Both the position numbers and the translations under genes were made by a program. From Planctomycetota bacterium (GTDB lineage Bacteria; Planctomycetota; B15-G4; JADJEK01), in assembly GCA_016213895.1 (NCBI GenBank), contig JACQZJ010000117.1:2361-66360 (forward strand): a stretch of DNA of 64,000 bases. The letters run 5' to 3'. Numbering within the stretch: position 1 is the first letter of the stretch; the number at the start of each line of letters is the position of its first letter. Under the pieces are notes generated by a model. That model was not told where the DNA came from. It made no database searches and worked only from the letters and a program-made list of their open reading frames with translations. Below, piece after piece: positions 20,301 to 30,300 of this stretch.

Positions 20301-21432
20301 GGACGTGACCACGCTCCTCAACACGAAAGGATGGGTGTTCGACGAGGCGGAACACCGCTACACGATCGGCCTCGTCGCGGTCGCGCGCCGCACGGCCGAG
20401 CGCACTCCCGTCGCGCTGCGCGGCCCCTACCCGAACCTCGAGCGCTACACGGACGGCGTCGTGCGCGAGCCGGTCGTCTTCTACGGCACCGACATTCGGA
20501 CCTGGAACGATACCTCGTCGCTCCCGCTGCTCCCTACAGACGGGTCGGTCGGGGTCTTCGCCCAGCTTCGCAAGGCGCCGCGGCTCGACCTCGACGACAG
20601 GAAGTCCTGGCGTGCCCGGCCGCACACCGAGCTGCACGCCACGAACGACAAGGGCCTCATGGACCTCAAGTCCAAGGGCCGGCCGAAGGGCTTCTGGCCC
20701 GTCTACAAGGGCGAGTCGTTCGACCTATGGACTCCCGACACAGGGACCTACTACGCCTGGGCAGATCCGGAGAAGCTGCTGCCGCACCTCCAGGACAAGC
20801 GCCTGCGCGGCGGGCGGAACCGCAAGTCGCCCTTCGCCGAGTTCGACGTGCGCGTACTCCGCGACCAGAAGACGCTGCCGTGCCTGCGGCCGCGGATCGC
20901 CTTCAGGGACATCACGAACCGCACGAACCAACGTACCGTGATCGCCGCACTCGTGCCTCCGGACGTGTTCGCCACGAACAAGGGGCCATACCTCCTCTGG
21001 CCCCGTGGCGATGCAGGCGATGAGGCGTACCTTCTCGCCGTCCTCTCCTCGCTTCCCCTCGACTGGTACGCCCGCCGGTTCGTCGAGGTGAACGTGAACT
21101 TCTTCGTCTTCAACCCGTTCACAATCCCTCGCACGCCGGCCGAGCACCCGCACCGCCGTCGCGCCATCCAGTTGGCCGCTCGCCTCGCCTGCCCCGACGA
21201 CCGCTTCGCCGTCTGGGCCAGGGAGGTCGGCGTCGCCTGCGGCCCGCTGGCCGCTGACGAGAAGGACGACATGATCCGCGAGCTCGACGCCGTCGTCGCC
21301 CACCTCTACGGCCTCTCGGAGAAGCACCTCATCCACATCTTCGAGACCTTCCACGAGGGCTGGGACTGTGACGTGCGCCTGCGCGCGACGCTGAAGCACT
21401 TCCGGGACTGCAAGCGGAGGGCCACGCCATGA
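17374..21432 (+). CDS. large N6-adenine DNA methyltransferase, type IIG / BREX-PglX-like (1352 aa)
   Basis: Motif I ADLAMGSGHFLVAAVD (about aa 600) and motif IV VIVGNPPWQEA (about aa 850), gamma-class order. About 600 aa N-terminal region with possible PD-(D/E)xK-like HDGATSILRAGERKV. About 450 aa C-terminal target-recognition-like region. TGA overlaps the ATG of the next gene (ATGA). Confidence 0.75.
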   Translation: MTSRERGNVAETSGESRFLDGVGLRPVTLPSGGAFVPVGLALGQGTQPQEVLIVSTAAAPSATALRSAWRARNGGRAAPLLFVALHGERVSLCGPAGDDPPAYLSLDRGQVERVCREALEQPDRHAALRALRDVLPSLESDLAGLRNEGFLATHELRAGARRRADWGEAGRKARGALAKRGADLLRALGFGIERHDGATSILRAGERKVAVAVLLARDESPDLSAERFSGLSPISYALAVADRERLPWVVVQHGAKVRVHPTQVGQGVGRRGRTETYVECHSGLLPDADAAYLWLLCSGDALAPGGTLEQILEASGRFAGDLASRLRERVYQSVVPGLAQAIVRTRGLRQPSAQDLADTYEMALTVLFRLLFIAYAEDKDLLPYRWNGLYQRRSLKTKAQELADLARSGAPFDASDTLWEEVSRLFRAVDRGNREWGVPAYDGGLFSEEREVSAAGALLAGLSIPNTVFGPALAGLLLVEGAEGLGPVDFRSLGVREFGTIYEGLLESELSVAETDLAVDKNGAFRPCRKAEPPTVARGEVYLHDASGTRKSTGSYFTKSFAVEHLLERSLEPALGEHLGRLDQLGEEEAGERFFDFRVADLAMGSGHFLVAAVDRIERALTGYLSRRRLPAVAAELSSLRAAALETLGPLADQVEIEDTQLLRRLIARRCIYGVDLNPTALQLARLSIWIHTFVPGLPLSLLDHSLVRGNSLVGIGRLAEVKEKLEEGSLPLFPLDAASLLGAAAEPLKRLARLADATASDLARARRAQQAALAAVAPAAALCDLVTAARLACEMVKLDPAKWHEIRDRLPGSKEHQAAATRLDGLHTFHFPVAFPEVFLRERPGFDVIVGNPPWQEATLEEDAFWARHSPGLRSLPQREQEVAKAKLRRERLDLFATYERELAEAEVLRRALTAGPYPGMGTGDPDLYKAFCWRFWNLACEDGGRIGVVLPRSALAAKGSTEFRQELFSHAEAVDVTTLLNTKGWVFDEAEHRYTIGLVAVARRTAERTPVALRGPYPNLERYTDGVVREPVVFYGTDIRTWNDTSSLPLLPTDGSVGVFAQLRKAPRLDLDDRKSWRARPHTELHATNDKGLMDLKSKGRPKGFWPVYKGESFDLWTPDTGTYYAWADPEKLLPHLQDKRLRGGRNRKSPFAEFDVRVLRDQKTLPCLRPRIAFRDITNRTNQRTVIAALVPPDVFATNKGPYLLWPRGDAGDEAYLLAVLSSLPLDWYARRFVEVNVNFFVFNPFTIPRTPAEHPHRRRAIQLAARLACPDDRFAVWAREVGVACGPLAADEKDDMIRELDAVVAHLYGLSEKHLIHIFETFHEGWDCDVRLRATLKHFRDCKRRATP

Positions 21433-22832
21433 GCTCCGACGAGCCCTCGGTGACACAGCGACCGGGGAGCGGTGCTGGCGCCCCGGCGAGCACCAAGTGG
21501 AAGGCGCACCGCGTCAGGGCCGGCTTGCACCACTGGGAGGACGATGAACCGCCGGCGGACCCGGGTCAGCACCGAAAGCGCATCGAGCCGTGGCTTGCCG
21601 CCCTGCTCCAGGCCGAGCACGTGAGCCTCCTCATCGGGGGCGGGATCACGATCGCGGTCGCGAAGCTCGCGGGCGCTCCGATCGTCGACATGAAGGCGAC
21701 CCCATTCACGTGCGATCTTGCTGCCGCGGTGGACAGGGCCGCCAAGGCGACCGCCCGCCTTACCGGCCGTGGCGAGGCCAACATCGAGGACCAGATCCGT
21801 GCGGCTCGCGAGCTGATCGGGGGTCTGCGCATCGTGGCCGCAGACGGCGATCAGGGCCTCTTCGGCGTTCGGCCAGGGGAGCTTCTCGCCGCGTGGCAAG
21901 ACGCGGTCGACGAACGCTTGCGATCCTTGCTGCGCGGCGTACTGCGGACCGAGCGCGGGATCGAGCAAGCGCTCGGTTCGCCAGGCAGCGACGGGGACCG
22001 GATTCGGCGGATCCTCTGTTCCTTCCTGCTCTCCTTCGCAAGTCGCACGGCCACCCGCGAACGCCTGCACATCTTCACCACGAACTACGACCGCGTTGTG
22101 GAGCGCGGCTGCGACCTCCTGGGGCTGCACGTCCTCGACCGGTTCGTCGGTCGGCTGAAGCCGATCTTCCGTGCATCCCGGCTCGGAATCGACCTCCACT
22201 ACAATCCGCCGGGCATCCGCGGCGAGCCCCGCTACTTGGAGGGCGTCGTCCGCCTGACCAAGCTCCACGGGTCCATCGACTGGCGACACGAAGGAAGTGG
22301 CGAAGGTGGCCCACGGATCGTGCGCGCGGCACTGCCTTTCGGGGCACCCGATGACCACCAAAAGCTGCCGGAGCACCCGCGCGATGGTCTGATCGTGTAC
22401 CCGAACCCGGCCAAGGACACGGAGACGCTCGAGTACCCCTACGCTGAGCTGTTCCGCGACCTGGCGGCAGCCGCCTGCCAGCCGAACGCAGTGCTCGTCA
22501 CCTACGGCTACGGCTTCGGCGACGACCACATCAACCGCGTGTTGCGCGACACGCTGACGATACCCTCCACTCACCTCGCGATCCTCTCCCGCGACGGAGC
22601 CTCGGGACGGATCCAGCGCTTCGTCGAGGCCACGGGCCGCGACGAGCAGATCACGCTGCTCCTCGGCGGCCACTTCGGCGATCTTGCGACGCTCGTCGAG
22701 TACTACCTGCCGAAGCCCGCGATCGACAGGACGACTTGGCGCATGGTGGAGCTCCTCAACCGGCGCACGCAGCATGGTGCGAACGAGGCGAGATCCGCGT
22801 CGGACGAACCCGATGCTGGAGGTCCGGAATGA
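21429..22832 (+). CDS. SIR2-like domain protein (SIR2_2 family, predicted NAD+-hydrolysing defence effector)
   Basis: HIFTTNYDRVVERG and TKLHGSIDW motifs, with an N-terminal Rossmann GGG patch (HVSLLIGGGITIAVAKLAG). ATGA overlap with the methyltransferase and with the HerA gene. Confidence 0.7.
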   Translation: MSSDEPSVTQRPGSGAGAPASTKWKAHRVRAGLHHWEDDEPPADPGQHRKRIEPWLAALLQAEHVSLLIGGGITIAVAKLAGAPIVDMKATPFTCDLAAAVDRAAKATARLTGRGEANIEDQIRAARELIGGLRIVAADGDQGLFGVRPGELLAAWQDAVDERLRSLLRGVLRTERGIEQALGSPGSDGDRIRRILCSFLLSFASRTATRERLHIFTTNYDRVVERGCDLLGLHVLDRFVGRLKPIFRASRLGIDLHYNPPGIRGEPRYLEGVVRLTKLHGSIDWRHEGSGEGGPRIVRAALPFGAPDDHQKLPEHPRDGLIVYPNPAKDTETLEYPYAELFRDLAAAACQPNAVLVTYGYGFGDDHINRVLRDTLTIPSTHLAILSRDGASGRIQRFVEATGRDEQITLLLGGHFGDLATLVEYYLPKPAIDRTTWRMVELLNRRTQHGANEARSASDEPDAGGPE

Positions 22833-24967
22833 CCTCCCTCATCGAGGCGCTCGGCGACCGCGCCATCGGGGCCGTGGAGGAGGTCTCCGCAAACGCGATC
22901 TCCGTGCTCCTCGATCCCGACGCCCCGCAGGCGACCGCTCTCAACGCGGGTAGCCCCGCTGGGTTCCCACGGATCAACGGGTACCTCCTCGTTCCCAACG
23001 AGGGTGGCGCGACGGTAGGACTCGTCACGCGAGTCCAGATCGTGCGGCTCCCGTATCCGAAGCGTCGCGGGATGCAGGACTTCGGGCTTGTGGACCTGCC
23101 GTTCCCGGCTCGTGTGCTGTCGCTGACGCCCCTCGGGACTCTGCTCGCCAGGGCCGGAGGTTCTGGAAGGGACCTGAGCTTCCGGGTTCGCCGCGGCGTC
23201 GACGTCTTCCCGTCCGTCGGCGACCCCGTGGTCCTGCCGACGGAAGCACAGCTCCGGGCGATCGTCGAGGGCGAGGATGATGGACAGGCCCGGCGCATTC
23301 TCCTCGGCACATGCCCCACGGCCGCGAGTGCACCGGTACACGTGGATCCCGACAAGCTCTTCGGGCGCCACCTCGCCGTGCTCGGCAACACCGGCGCAGG
23401 CAAGTCCTGCTCGGTTGCCGGGCTCATCCGCTGGTCGCTCGACGCGGCGCGTAGGGCGAGGACGGAAGCCGAGCGGGGCGATAAGCCCAACGCGCGCTTC
23501 ATCGTGCTCGATCCGAACGGCGAGTATGCGAAGGCCTTTGCCGGGCTCAACGCTCGCCTGTTCCAGGTCTCGCCCCAGGGTGACGGGAAGGCACTCAAGG
23601 TCCCGGCGTGGCTCTGGAACGGGGAGGAGTGGGCAGCTTTCACGGGCGCAGCGCCGGGCGTGCAGCGGCCGATCCTGTTCGATGCAATCCGACGCCTGCG
23701 GTCGGGGGCCGGGACACCGGATACGTTCCAGTCTCGCGCTCGCGGTCGGATCAGACGGTACCGGACGGGGCTACGGCTCAAGGTTCAGGGAGGAGACCAC
23801 CTCCAGGCTGGCAGGCGAGAGGGAGTGGCCCAACTCCTCCTGAATTGTACGCAGGACTTCGAGGATCTTGCAGGAGACGCGGAGTGCTCTGATGAAGGCT
23901 TGAGAGACCAGTTCCGTTCAGTCGCGAAGAAGTGTCGGGAGGTCGAGGAAGCGGCCCGAGGCAAGACTCGGGACGGTGGACACTGGCACAACGATTTTGC
24001 GGAGACGAACCTCGAAACAGTTCAAGCGGCGCTGGGCGAAGTCGCCTCCGCTGTGGGATTGTCCGAGGACGAGTCCGGTCTGAGCGAGGACGCACCGCGG
24101 TTCTTCCCGGCAAGGGAACTGCCCGGCTTCGTGGACGCCCTGGCGGCAGACGCGACGGGCCGCGACCTGGCCCAATTCGTGGACTCGCTCAATCTTCGCA
24201 TCCGAGGTCTCTTCGCCGGGGGACCGCTGGCGTCTGTGCTCGATCCTGGGGACTCGCCTTCGGTGACGCTGGATGAGTGGCTGACCGATCATGTTGGCGC
24301 AGACGAGGCGGCCAACGGAGCCCTAGCGATCGTCGACCTCTCCCTGGTCCCGTCCGAGGTCATCCACATCGTCGTGTCTGTCCTGGCACGCATGGTGTTC
24401 GAGGCGGTGCAGCGCTACCGGCGGACTCACGCATCCGTGCTGCCTACCGTTCTGGTTCTGGAGGAAGCTCACACTTTCGTCCACCGCGACCTGACCGCTG
24501 ACGGGGCGCCGCCGGCCGGCAGGGTCTGCTGCCGGACCTTCGAGCGGATCGCCCGGGAGGGACGGAAGTTCGGGCTCGGTCTCGTCCTCGCCTCGCAGCG
24601 TCCGTCCGAGATGTCGGCCACCGTGCTCTCCCAGTGCAACACCTTCCTGCTGCATCGGATCGTCAACGATCGCGACCAGGACCTCGTCCGACGTCTCGTG
24701 CCAGACGCGCTCGGCGACTTGCTGCGCGAGCTACCGAGCCTTCCCTCCCGGCGGGCGATCCTCCTCGGCTGGGCCGCTCCGGCTCCAGTGCTCATGGAGA
24801 TCCGGGAGGTGCCCGAAGCTCAGAGGCCTCACTCGCCGGACCCGGACTTCTGGGACGTCTGGACAGGGAAGAGCCCGCGCGGGATCGACTGGAAGGTGAT
24901 TGCTGATGCCTGGACAGGCACGAAGGAGCTGGGAGGACTTGCCGAGCAAGGAGCCGAACTGTGGTAG
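22829..24967 (+). CDS. HerA-like (FtsK/HerA superfamily, DUF87) ATPase, partner of SIR2
   Basis: Walker A LAVLGNTGAGKSCSVAGL, Walker B VLVLEEAHTFV, arginine-finger region ASQRPSEMSATVLSQCNTFLLHRI. Start set at the ATG overlapping the SIR2 stop. Confidence 0.8.
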   Translation: MTSLIEALGDRAIGAVEEVSANAISVLLDPDAPQATALNAGSPAGFPRINGYLLVPNEGGATVGLVTRVQIVRLPYPKRRGMQDFGLVDLPFPARVLSLTPLGTLLARAGGSGRDLSFRVRRGVDVFPSVGDPVVLPTEAQLRAIVEGEDDGQARRILLGTCPTAASAPVHVDPDKLFGRHLAVLGNTGAGKSCSVAGLIRWSLDAARRARTEAERGDKPNARFIVLDPNGEYAKAFAGLNARLFQVSPQGDGKALKVPAWLWNGEEWAAFTGAAPGVQRPILFDAIRRLRSGAGTPDTFQSRARGRIRRYRTGLRLKVQGGDHLQAGRREGVAQLLLNCTQDFEDLAGDAECSDEGLRDQFRSVAKKCREVEEAARGKTRDGGHWHNDFAETNLETVQAALGEVASAVGLSEDESGLSEDAPRFFPARELPGFVDALAADATGRDLAQFVDSLNLRIRGLFAGGPLASVLDPGDSPSVTLDEWLTDHVGADEAANGALAIVDLSLVPSEVIHIVVSVLARMVFEAVQRYRRTHASVLPTVLVLEEAHTFVHRDLTADGAPPAGRVCCRTFERIAREGRKFGLGLVLASQRPSEMSATVLSQCNTFLLHRIVNDRDQDLVRRLVPDALGDLLRELPSLPSRRAILLGWAAPAPVLMEIREVPEAQRPHSPDPDFWDVWTGKSPRGIDWKVIADAWTGTKELGGLAEQGAELW

Positions 24968-24978
24968 GGAGGCTCCGC

Positions 24979-26124
24979 ATGATCCGCGTGGAGATCCAAC
25001 CCCAAATGCTGCGCTGGGCACGCGAGCGCGCCGGCCTCAGCGTGGCGATGCTCGCCAAGCGCTTCCCCAAGCTCGACGCCTGGGAGCGCGGCGAGGCGAG
25101 GCCCACGCTCAACCAGCTCGAGAGCTTCGCCAGGGCCACGTGCACGCCGGTCGGCTTCCTGTTCCTGCAGGAGCCGCCGGTGGAGAGGGTCCCGATCCCC
25201 GACTTCCGCACGGTGGACAACATCCACGTCGGACATCCGAGCCCCGACCTCCTGGACACCGTCTACATCTGCCAGCAGCGACAGGAGTGGTACCGAGACT
25301 TCGTCCGGTCCACGGGCGAGGATCCCCTGGTCTTCGTCGGCTCGGCGCAAGCGGGCGACGACGTGGTGACGACCGCCTCGCGCATGCGGCGGGCGGTCGG
25401 GTTCGACCTCGAGGAGCGCCGCCGGATGCCGACCTGGACCGAGGCCCTGCGGCGCTTCATCGAGCGGGCCGACACTCTCGGCGTCCTGGTCATGTGCAGC
25501 GGCGTGGTGGGAAGCAACAACCGCCGGCGGCTCGATCCCGGCGAGTTCCGAGGCTTCGCCATCGCCGACGGCCTGGCTCCTCTCGTGTTCATCAACGGCG
25601 CGGACACCAAGGCCGCGCAGATGTTCACGCTGGCGCACGAACTTGCGCACATCTGGCTCGGCGAGACCGCGCTCTCGGACGCGCGCGCGGCGGCGCTTCC
25701 GGATCACGACGTCGAGCGCTGGTGCAACCTGGTGGCGGCGGAGTTGTTCGTGCCTCTCGCCACGATGCGCGCCGAGTACCGTCCCGACTTGCCGCTGCGA
25801 GCGGAGATGGACCGGCTGGCGCGGCGCTTCAAGGTCAGCACGCTGGTCGTGCTGCGGCGGATCCACGACGCCGGCGGCCTCACCCGCGAGGAGCTGTGGG
25901 CCGCGTACGAACGGGAGGTGGAACGGCTGCGCGCCCTGCCGCGGGGCAGCGGCGGGAACTTCTACCTGACCCAGGCCGCCAGGGTCAGCGAGCGCTTCGC
26001 GCGCGCGCTCGTCATGAACACCTTGGAGGGCCAGACGCTCTATCGCGACGCCTTGCGCATGCTGGGCTTCTCCAAGGTCGGCACCCTGCACGAGCTGGGA
26101 CGGAGCCTGGGAGTGCTCGCCTGA
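24979..26124 (+). CDS. XRE-type HTH domain fused to ImmA/IrrE family (M78) zinc metallopeptidase
   Basis: N-terminal HTH (MLRWARERAGLSVAMLAKRF), HEXXH at TLAHELAHIWLGE. RBS GGGAGG 6 nt before the ATG. 12 nt after the HerA stop. Confidence 0.75.
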   Translation: MIRVEIQPQMLRWARERAGLSVAMLAKRFPKLDAWERGEARPTLNQLESFARATCTPVGFLFLQEPPVERVPIPDFRTVDNIHVGHPSPDLLDTVYICQQRQEWYRDFVRSTGEDPLVFVGSAQAGDDVVTTASRMRRAVGFDLEERRRMPTWTEALRRFIERADTLGVLVMCSGVVGSNNRRRLDPGEFRGFAIADGLAPLVFINGADTKAAQMFTLAHELAHIWLGETALSDARAAALPDHDVERWCNLVAAELFVPLATMRAEYRPDLPLRAEMDRLARRFKVSTLVVLRRIHDAGGLTREELWAAYEREVERLRALPRGSGGNFYLTQAARVSERFARALVMNTLEGQTLYRDALRMLGFSKVGTLHELGRSLGVLA

Positions 26125-26636
26125 TGGGGTACCTGCTCGACGCCAACGTGTTCATGCAGGCAAAGAGGTTCCACTACGGCTTCGACTTCTGCCCGGCGTT
26201 CTGGGACTGGCTGGTGGCGCGCAACGCCGCGGGCGACGTCTTCAGCATCGAACGGGTCGAGGACGAGATCCAGGCGGGGGGCGATCAGCTCGCGGAGTGG
26301 GCCGCCGAGCGCGGCTCCGGCTTCTTCCTCAAGCCCGACGCCGCCATCCTGGCCGCACTGCGGAAGGTCAGCGCCTGGGTCACCGCCAAGGCCTACGAGC
26401 CGGCCGCCGTCAGCACGTTCCTCCAAGTCGCCGACTACTACCTGGTCGCGCACGCGCTTGCCCACGGGCTGACCGTCGTCACCCACGAGAAGGCCTCCAC
26501 ATCGACGAAGACGGTCAAGATCCCGGAGCCATGCATCGGCCTCGGGGTCAAGTGCATGAACCCCTTCGAGATGCTGCGGCGCGAGCGGGCCCGCTTCGTC
26601 CTCGGGCCATCCGGGGCAGGGAGCTCTGGTCCATGA
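26124..26636 (+). CDS. DUF4411 family PIN-like domain protein (usual partner of ImmA/IrrE proteases)
   Basis: MGYLLDANVFMQAKRFHYGFDFCPAFWDWL N-terminus is characteristic of DUF4411. ATGA overlap with the ImmA gene. Confidence 0.6.
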   Translation: MGYLLDANVFMQAKRFHYGFDFCPAFWDWLVARNAAGDVFSIERVEDEIQAGGDQLAEWAAERGSGFFLKPDAAILAALRKVSAWVTAKAYEPAAVSTFLQVADYYLVAHALAHGLTVVTHEKASTSTKTVKIPEPCIGLGVKCMNPFEMLRRERARFVLGPSGAGSSGP

Positions 26637-27334
26637 CCACCGCCACCATCTTCGTCAGCAACGTGCAGAAGGAGCTGGCCGAGGAGCGGCGGGTGGTCAA
26701 GGCGTTCGTCGAGGGCGACCCGTTGCTGCGTCGCTTCTTCACGGTGTTTCTCTTCGAGGATCTGCCGGCCGCGGACGCCCGCACCGATGCCGTGTACCTC
26801 GATGAGGTGGACTGCTCGGCGCTGTACGTCGGCCTCTTCGGGAGCGAGAACGGCTTCGAGGACGCAGAGGGCGTCTCTCCTACCGAACGCGAGTTCAACC
26901 GGGCCACCGAGCGGAGCACACCGCGGCTCATCTTCGTCAAGGGAACGGACGACCGCGCGCGGCATCCGAAGATGGCGGCGCTGGTCCATGGCGCCGGGAA
27001 CGAGCTGATCCGCCAGCGCTTCCGGGACATTTCCGAGCTGCCGGCCGCGCGTGTCCGCCGGACCCCCGAAGTCACCCCCGAAGTCGCCCCCGAAGTCACC
27101 CCGGAAGTCACCCCGGAAGTTCGCCTCGTGCGAGCCCTCCGTAGAGAGATGACACGCCACGAGCTCCGGGAGGCTCTCAGGCTCAGGGATGACAAGCACT
27201 TCCGCCAGGCGTTCCTCTACCCGGCGATCGAGGCTGGATTGGTCGAGATGACGATTCCGGACAAGCCCCGCAGCAGCAAGCAGAAGTACCGCCGTACCGC
27301 CAAGGGCACGGCAGCAGCAAGGGGCAAGAAGTGA
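26630..27334 (+). CDS. DUF4062 (TIR-like) domain protein with (TPEV)5 linker repeat and C-terminal wHTH (…EMTIPDKPRSSKQKYRRTAKG)
   Basis: N-terminus IFVSNVQKELAEERRVVKAF…VYLDEVDCSALYVGLFGSENGFE resembles DUF4062. The C-terminal tail resembles the DNA-binding wHTH found at the ends of RecG-C / Fic / AlbA_2 proteins. 7-nt overlap upstream, GTGA overlap downstream. Confidence 0.5.
   Translation, partial: SMTTATIFVSNVQKELAEERRVVKAFVEGDPLLRRFFTVFLFEDLPAADARTDAVYLDEVDCSALYVGLFGSENGFEDAEGVSPTEREFNRATERSTPRLIFVKGTDDRARHPKMAALVHGAGNELIRQRFRDISELPAARVRRTPEVTPEVAPEVTPEVTPEVRLVRALRREMTRHELREALRLRDDKHFRQAFLYPAIEAGLVEMTIPDKPRSSKQKYRRTAKGTAAARGKK
27062..27121 (+). repeat. 12-bp tandem repeat x5 (CCCGAAGTCACC) encoding (TPEV)5 inside the DUF4062 gene
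   Basis: Direct reading: acccccgaagtc / acccccgaagtc / gcccccgaagtc / accccggaagtc / accccggaagtt. Confidence 0.8.
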
Positions 27335-30300
27335 AGGATCTCGACGAATCCGACGCCCCGGCCGCCAGGCCCCTGTTCATCGACAACCGCGAAGGGAACA
27401 CCCTCGCGCGGGCGATCACGGCGCACCTGGCGACCCTGCGGCGCGCAGGGCTCATTCCCGCGGAATTGTGCGTCGCGAGCTGCTACTTCAACCCCCAGGG
27501 ACTGGAGCTGATCGCCGGGGAGGTGCGGCACGTGCCGCGCGTCCGACTGCTGCTCGGCGCGGACCCGACGCCCGAGGCGTTCCTTCCGCAGCGTACGCCC
27601 TACGACCCCACCGAGCCCGAATTCACGCACCAGCGCGTGAGCCAGGGGCTCGCGCGGCTCGAGCGCGCGCTCCGGCAGGATCGCGACCTCCTCCCCTTCA
27701 GCCTGGAGGAGGATGGCGCGATCCGGCACCTGCTCGACTTCCTGCGCTCGGGCCACATCGAAGTGCGCCGCTACGAGGGTCACTTCCTGCATGCCAAGGC
27801 GTTCGTGTTTCGCGGTGCAGAGCGGGGGATCCTCGCCGGATCGGCCAACCTCACGCGCGCCGGACTCGAGACCAACCTGGAGCTGGTGCTGGGCCACCAC
27901 CAGGATCCGCTCGTCGCGCGCGTCGAGGAGTGGTTCGAGTCGCTCTGGCGCGAGGCGGCGCCGTTCGACTTGGCAGCCATCTACGCGGAGCTGCTGGCCG
28001 AGGTGCCGCCCTACCTGGTCTATCTGAAGGTCCTCTGGCACCTCTACCACGCCGAGCTGGAGCAAGAGGAGAAGGAGACGGGCAGAATCCCGATCACGAC
28101 CTTCCAGAAACATGGCGTGTGGCGCGCGCGGAAGATCCTCGCCAGGTACGGTGGGGTGATGATCGCCGACGGCGTAGGGCTGGGGAAGACCTTCACGGCG
28201 GGTGAGATCATCCGCGACTACCGCGAGCGGCGGCAGCGCGTGCTGCTCGTCTGCCCCGCCAGCCTGCGCGACACCACCTGGGCGCGCTTCCTGAACGACC
28301 ACCAGCTCCTCGTGGAGTGTCTGTCCTACGAGGAGCTGGCCAACGACGCACAGCTCGGCGGGGACAAGAGCCGCCTGAAGAACCCGCTCGACGACTACGC
28401 CCTCGTGGTCGTGGACGAGGCGCACAACTACCGCAATCCCGACACCGCCAAGCGGGCCGCGATCCTGCGGCGGCTGCTCGCTGGGAAGCGGCGCGACCTG
28501 GTGCTTCTGACCGCGACGCCGGTCAACAACTCGCTCTGGGACCTCTACCACCTGCTGCGCTTCTTCATGAAGCAGGACGCCTGGCTGGCCGACCGCGGCG
28601 TGCTCTCGATGCGCGAGCGCTTCGAGCAGGCCATGCGCGCTGATCCCTTCAACCTGAGCCCGGATTTGCTCTACCCGATCATCGACGCGACGACCGTCAA
28701 GCGCACGCGGCGGTTCATCAAGAAGCACTACGCGAGCGACATGATCCGCGGCCCGGACGGACGCCTGGCGGCGATCCGTTTCCCGAAGCCCGTCGCCCTG
28801 TCGATCGGCTACGACCTGGACGCGGCCCTGCCGGGCTTCCTCGCCCGCCTCGAGGAGATCCTCATGCCCGAGGGCGGGCGCCCCCTGCTGCACATGGCCC
28901 GCTACCAGCCCGAACGCTACCCCGCGGACGGGAGCGACGCCGGCGACGACACGGCGCTGGTCGGACTGCTGCGCTCGGCGCTTCTGAAGCGCTTCGAGTC
29001 GTCGGGCGAGGCGTTCCGGCGCACCGTGGTGCGGATGATCCGGCAGCACGAGATCTTTCTCGAGGCGCTCTCGCGTGGCTGGATCGTGTACAGGGAGTTC
29101 TTCCGGGAGATGTCGGCGGCCGAGGACGAGGGAGACAGCGAGGAGATCATCGAGGCAAGCGAGCAGGTCGAGGACGCCTCGGCCTTCGACGTGGCGCGGC
29201 TCGGCGCGGACGTGCGGTCGGACCTGGCACTCCTGCGAGAGATGGCGGCCGAGGCGGCGAAGGTACGGCCCGAAGACGACCCGAAGCTCGCGGCGTTGGT
29301 CGAGACGCTGGCCGAGTGCGCGCGGCAGGCCGACGCGGAGGCGGCCGACGAGGAGGACGCGCACCAGAACCGCAAGGTACTGGTCTTCTCCCACTACGAG
29401 GACACCATCGACTGGATCGAGGAGCACCTGCGGAAGGCGATCGAGCGCGACGCGCGCCTGGCGGCGTATCACGGCCGCGTGGCGTCGGTGAGCGGGGCCG
29501 ACGAGCGCGGCGGCGTGGCGCGGGACAAGGCGCTGCATGGGTTCGCGCCGATCTCGACGGGGGCGCTGCCGCCCGACGCCGAGGACCGCTTCGACCTGCT
29601 GCTTTGCACCGACGTGCTGGCGGAGGGCATGAACCTCCAGCAGTGCCGGAACGTCGTGAATTACGACCTGCCCTGGAACCCCATGCGCCTGGTGCAGCGG
29701 CACGGCCGCGTGGACCGGATCGGGAGCGCGCATCCGAAGGTGTTCCTGCGCACCTTCTTCCCCGGCGCGCAGCTCGACGCCATGTTGAACCTCGAGGCGC
29801 GGGTGCGCCGGAAGCTCGCGCAGGCGGCGGCGTCCGTGGGCGTGGAGGAAGCGCCCATCGAAGGTGGCGCCGAGGCGGAGCGCTCCTTCGCGGAAACCCG
29901 CGAGGAGATCGAGAGGCTGCACCGCGAGGACGCTTCGATCTACGAGGCCGGGGGCACCGAGGGCGCGGCCCAGACCGGCGAGGAGTACCGGCAGGAGTTG
30001 CGGCGAGGCCTGGAGAGGTACGGCGATGCCATCCACGACCTCCCGTGGCGTTCCGGCTCTGGGATGCGCAAGGGGGACCGCGCCGGGCACGTCTTCTGCG
30101 CGACGGTCGGCGACCGCGTCTACCTGCGCTTCGTACCGCGCGAGGCGGCGGCCGAGGTCGTCGGCGAGCTCGGAACCTGTCTGCGCCTGATCGAGTGCAG
30201 CGAGCACACGCCGCGGGTCTTGAGCACGGAGATGGTGCTGGCGGCCTACGACGCCTGGGCGCGAGCGCGCCAGGGCATCCTCGCCGCCTGGACCTTCGAG

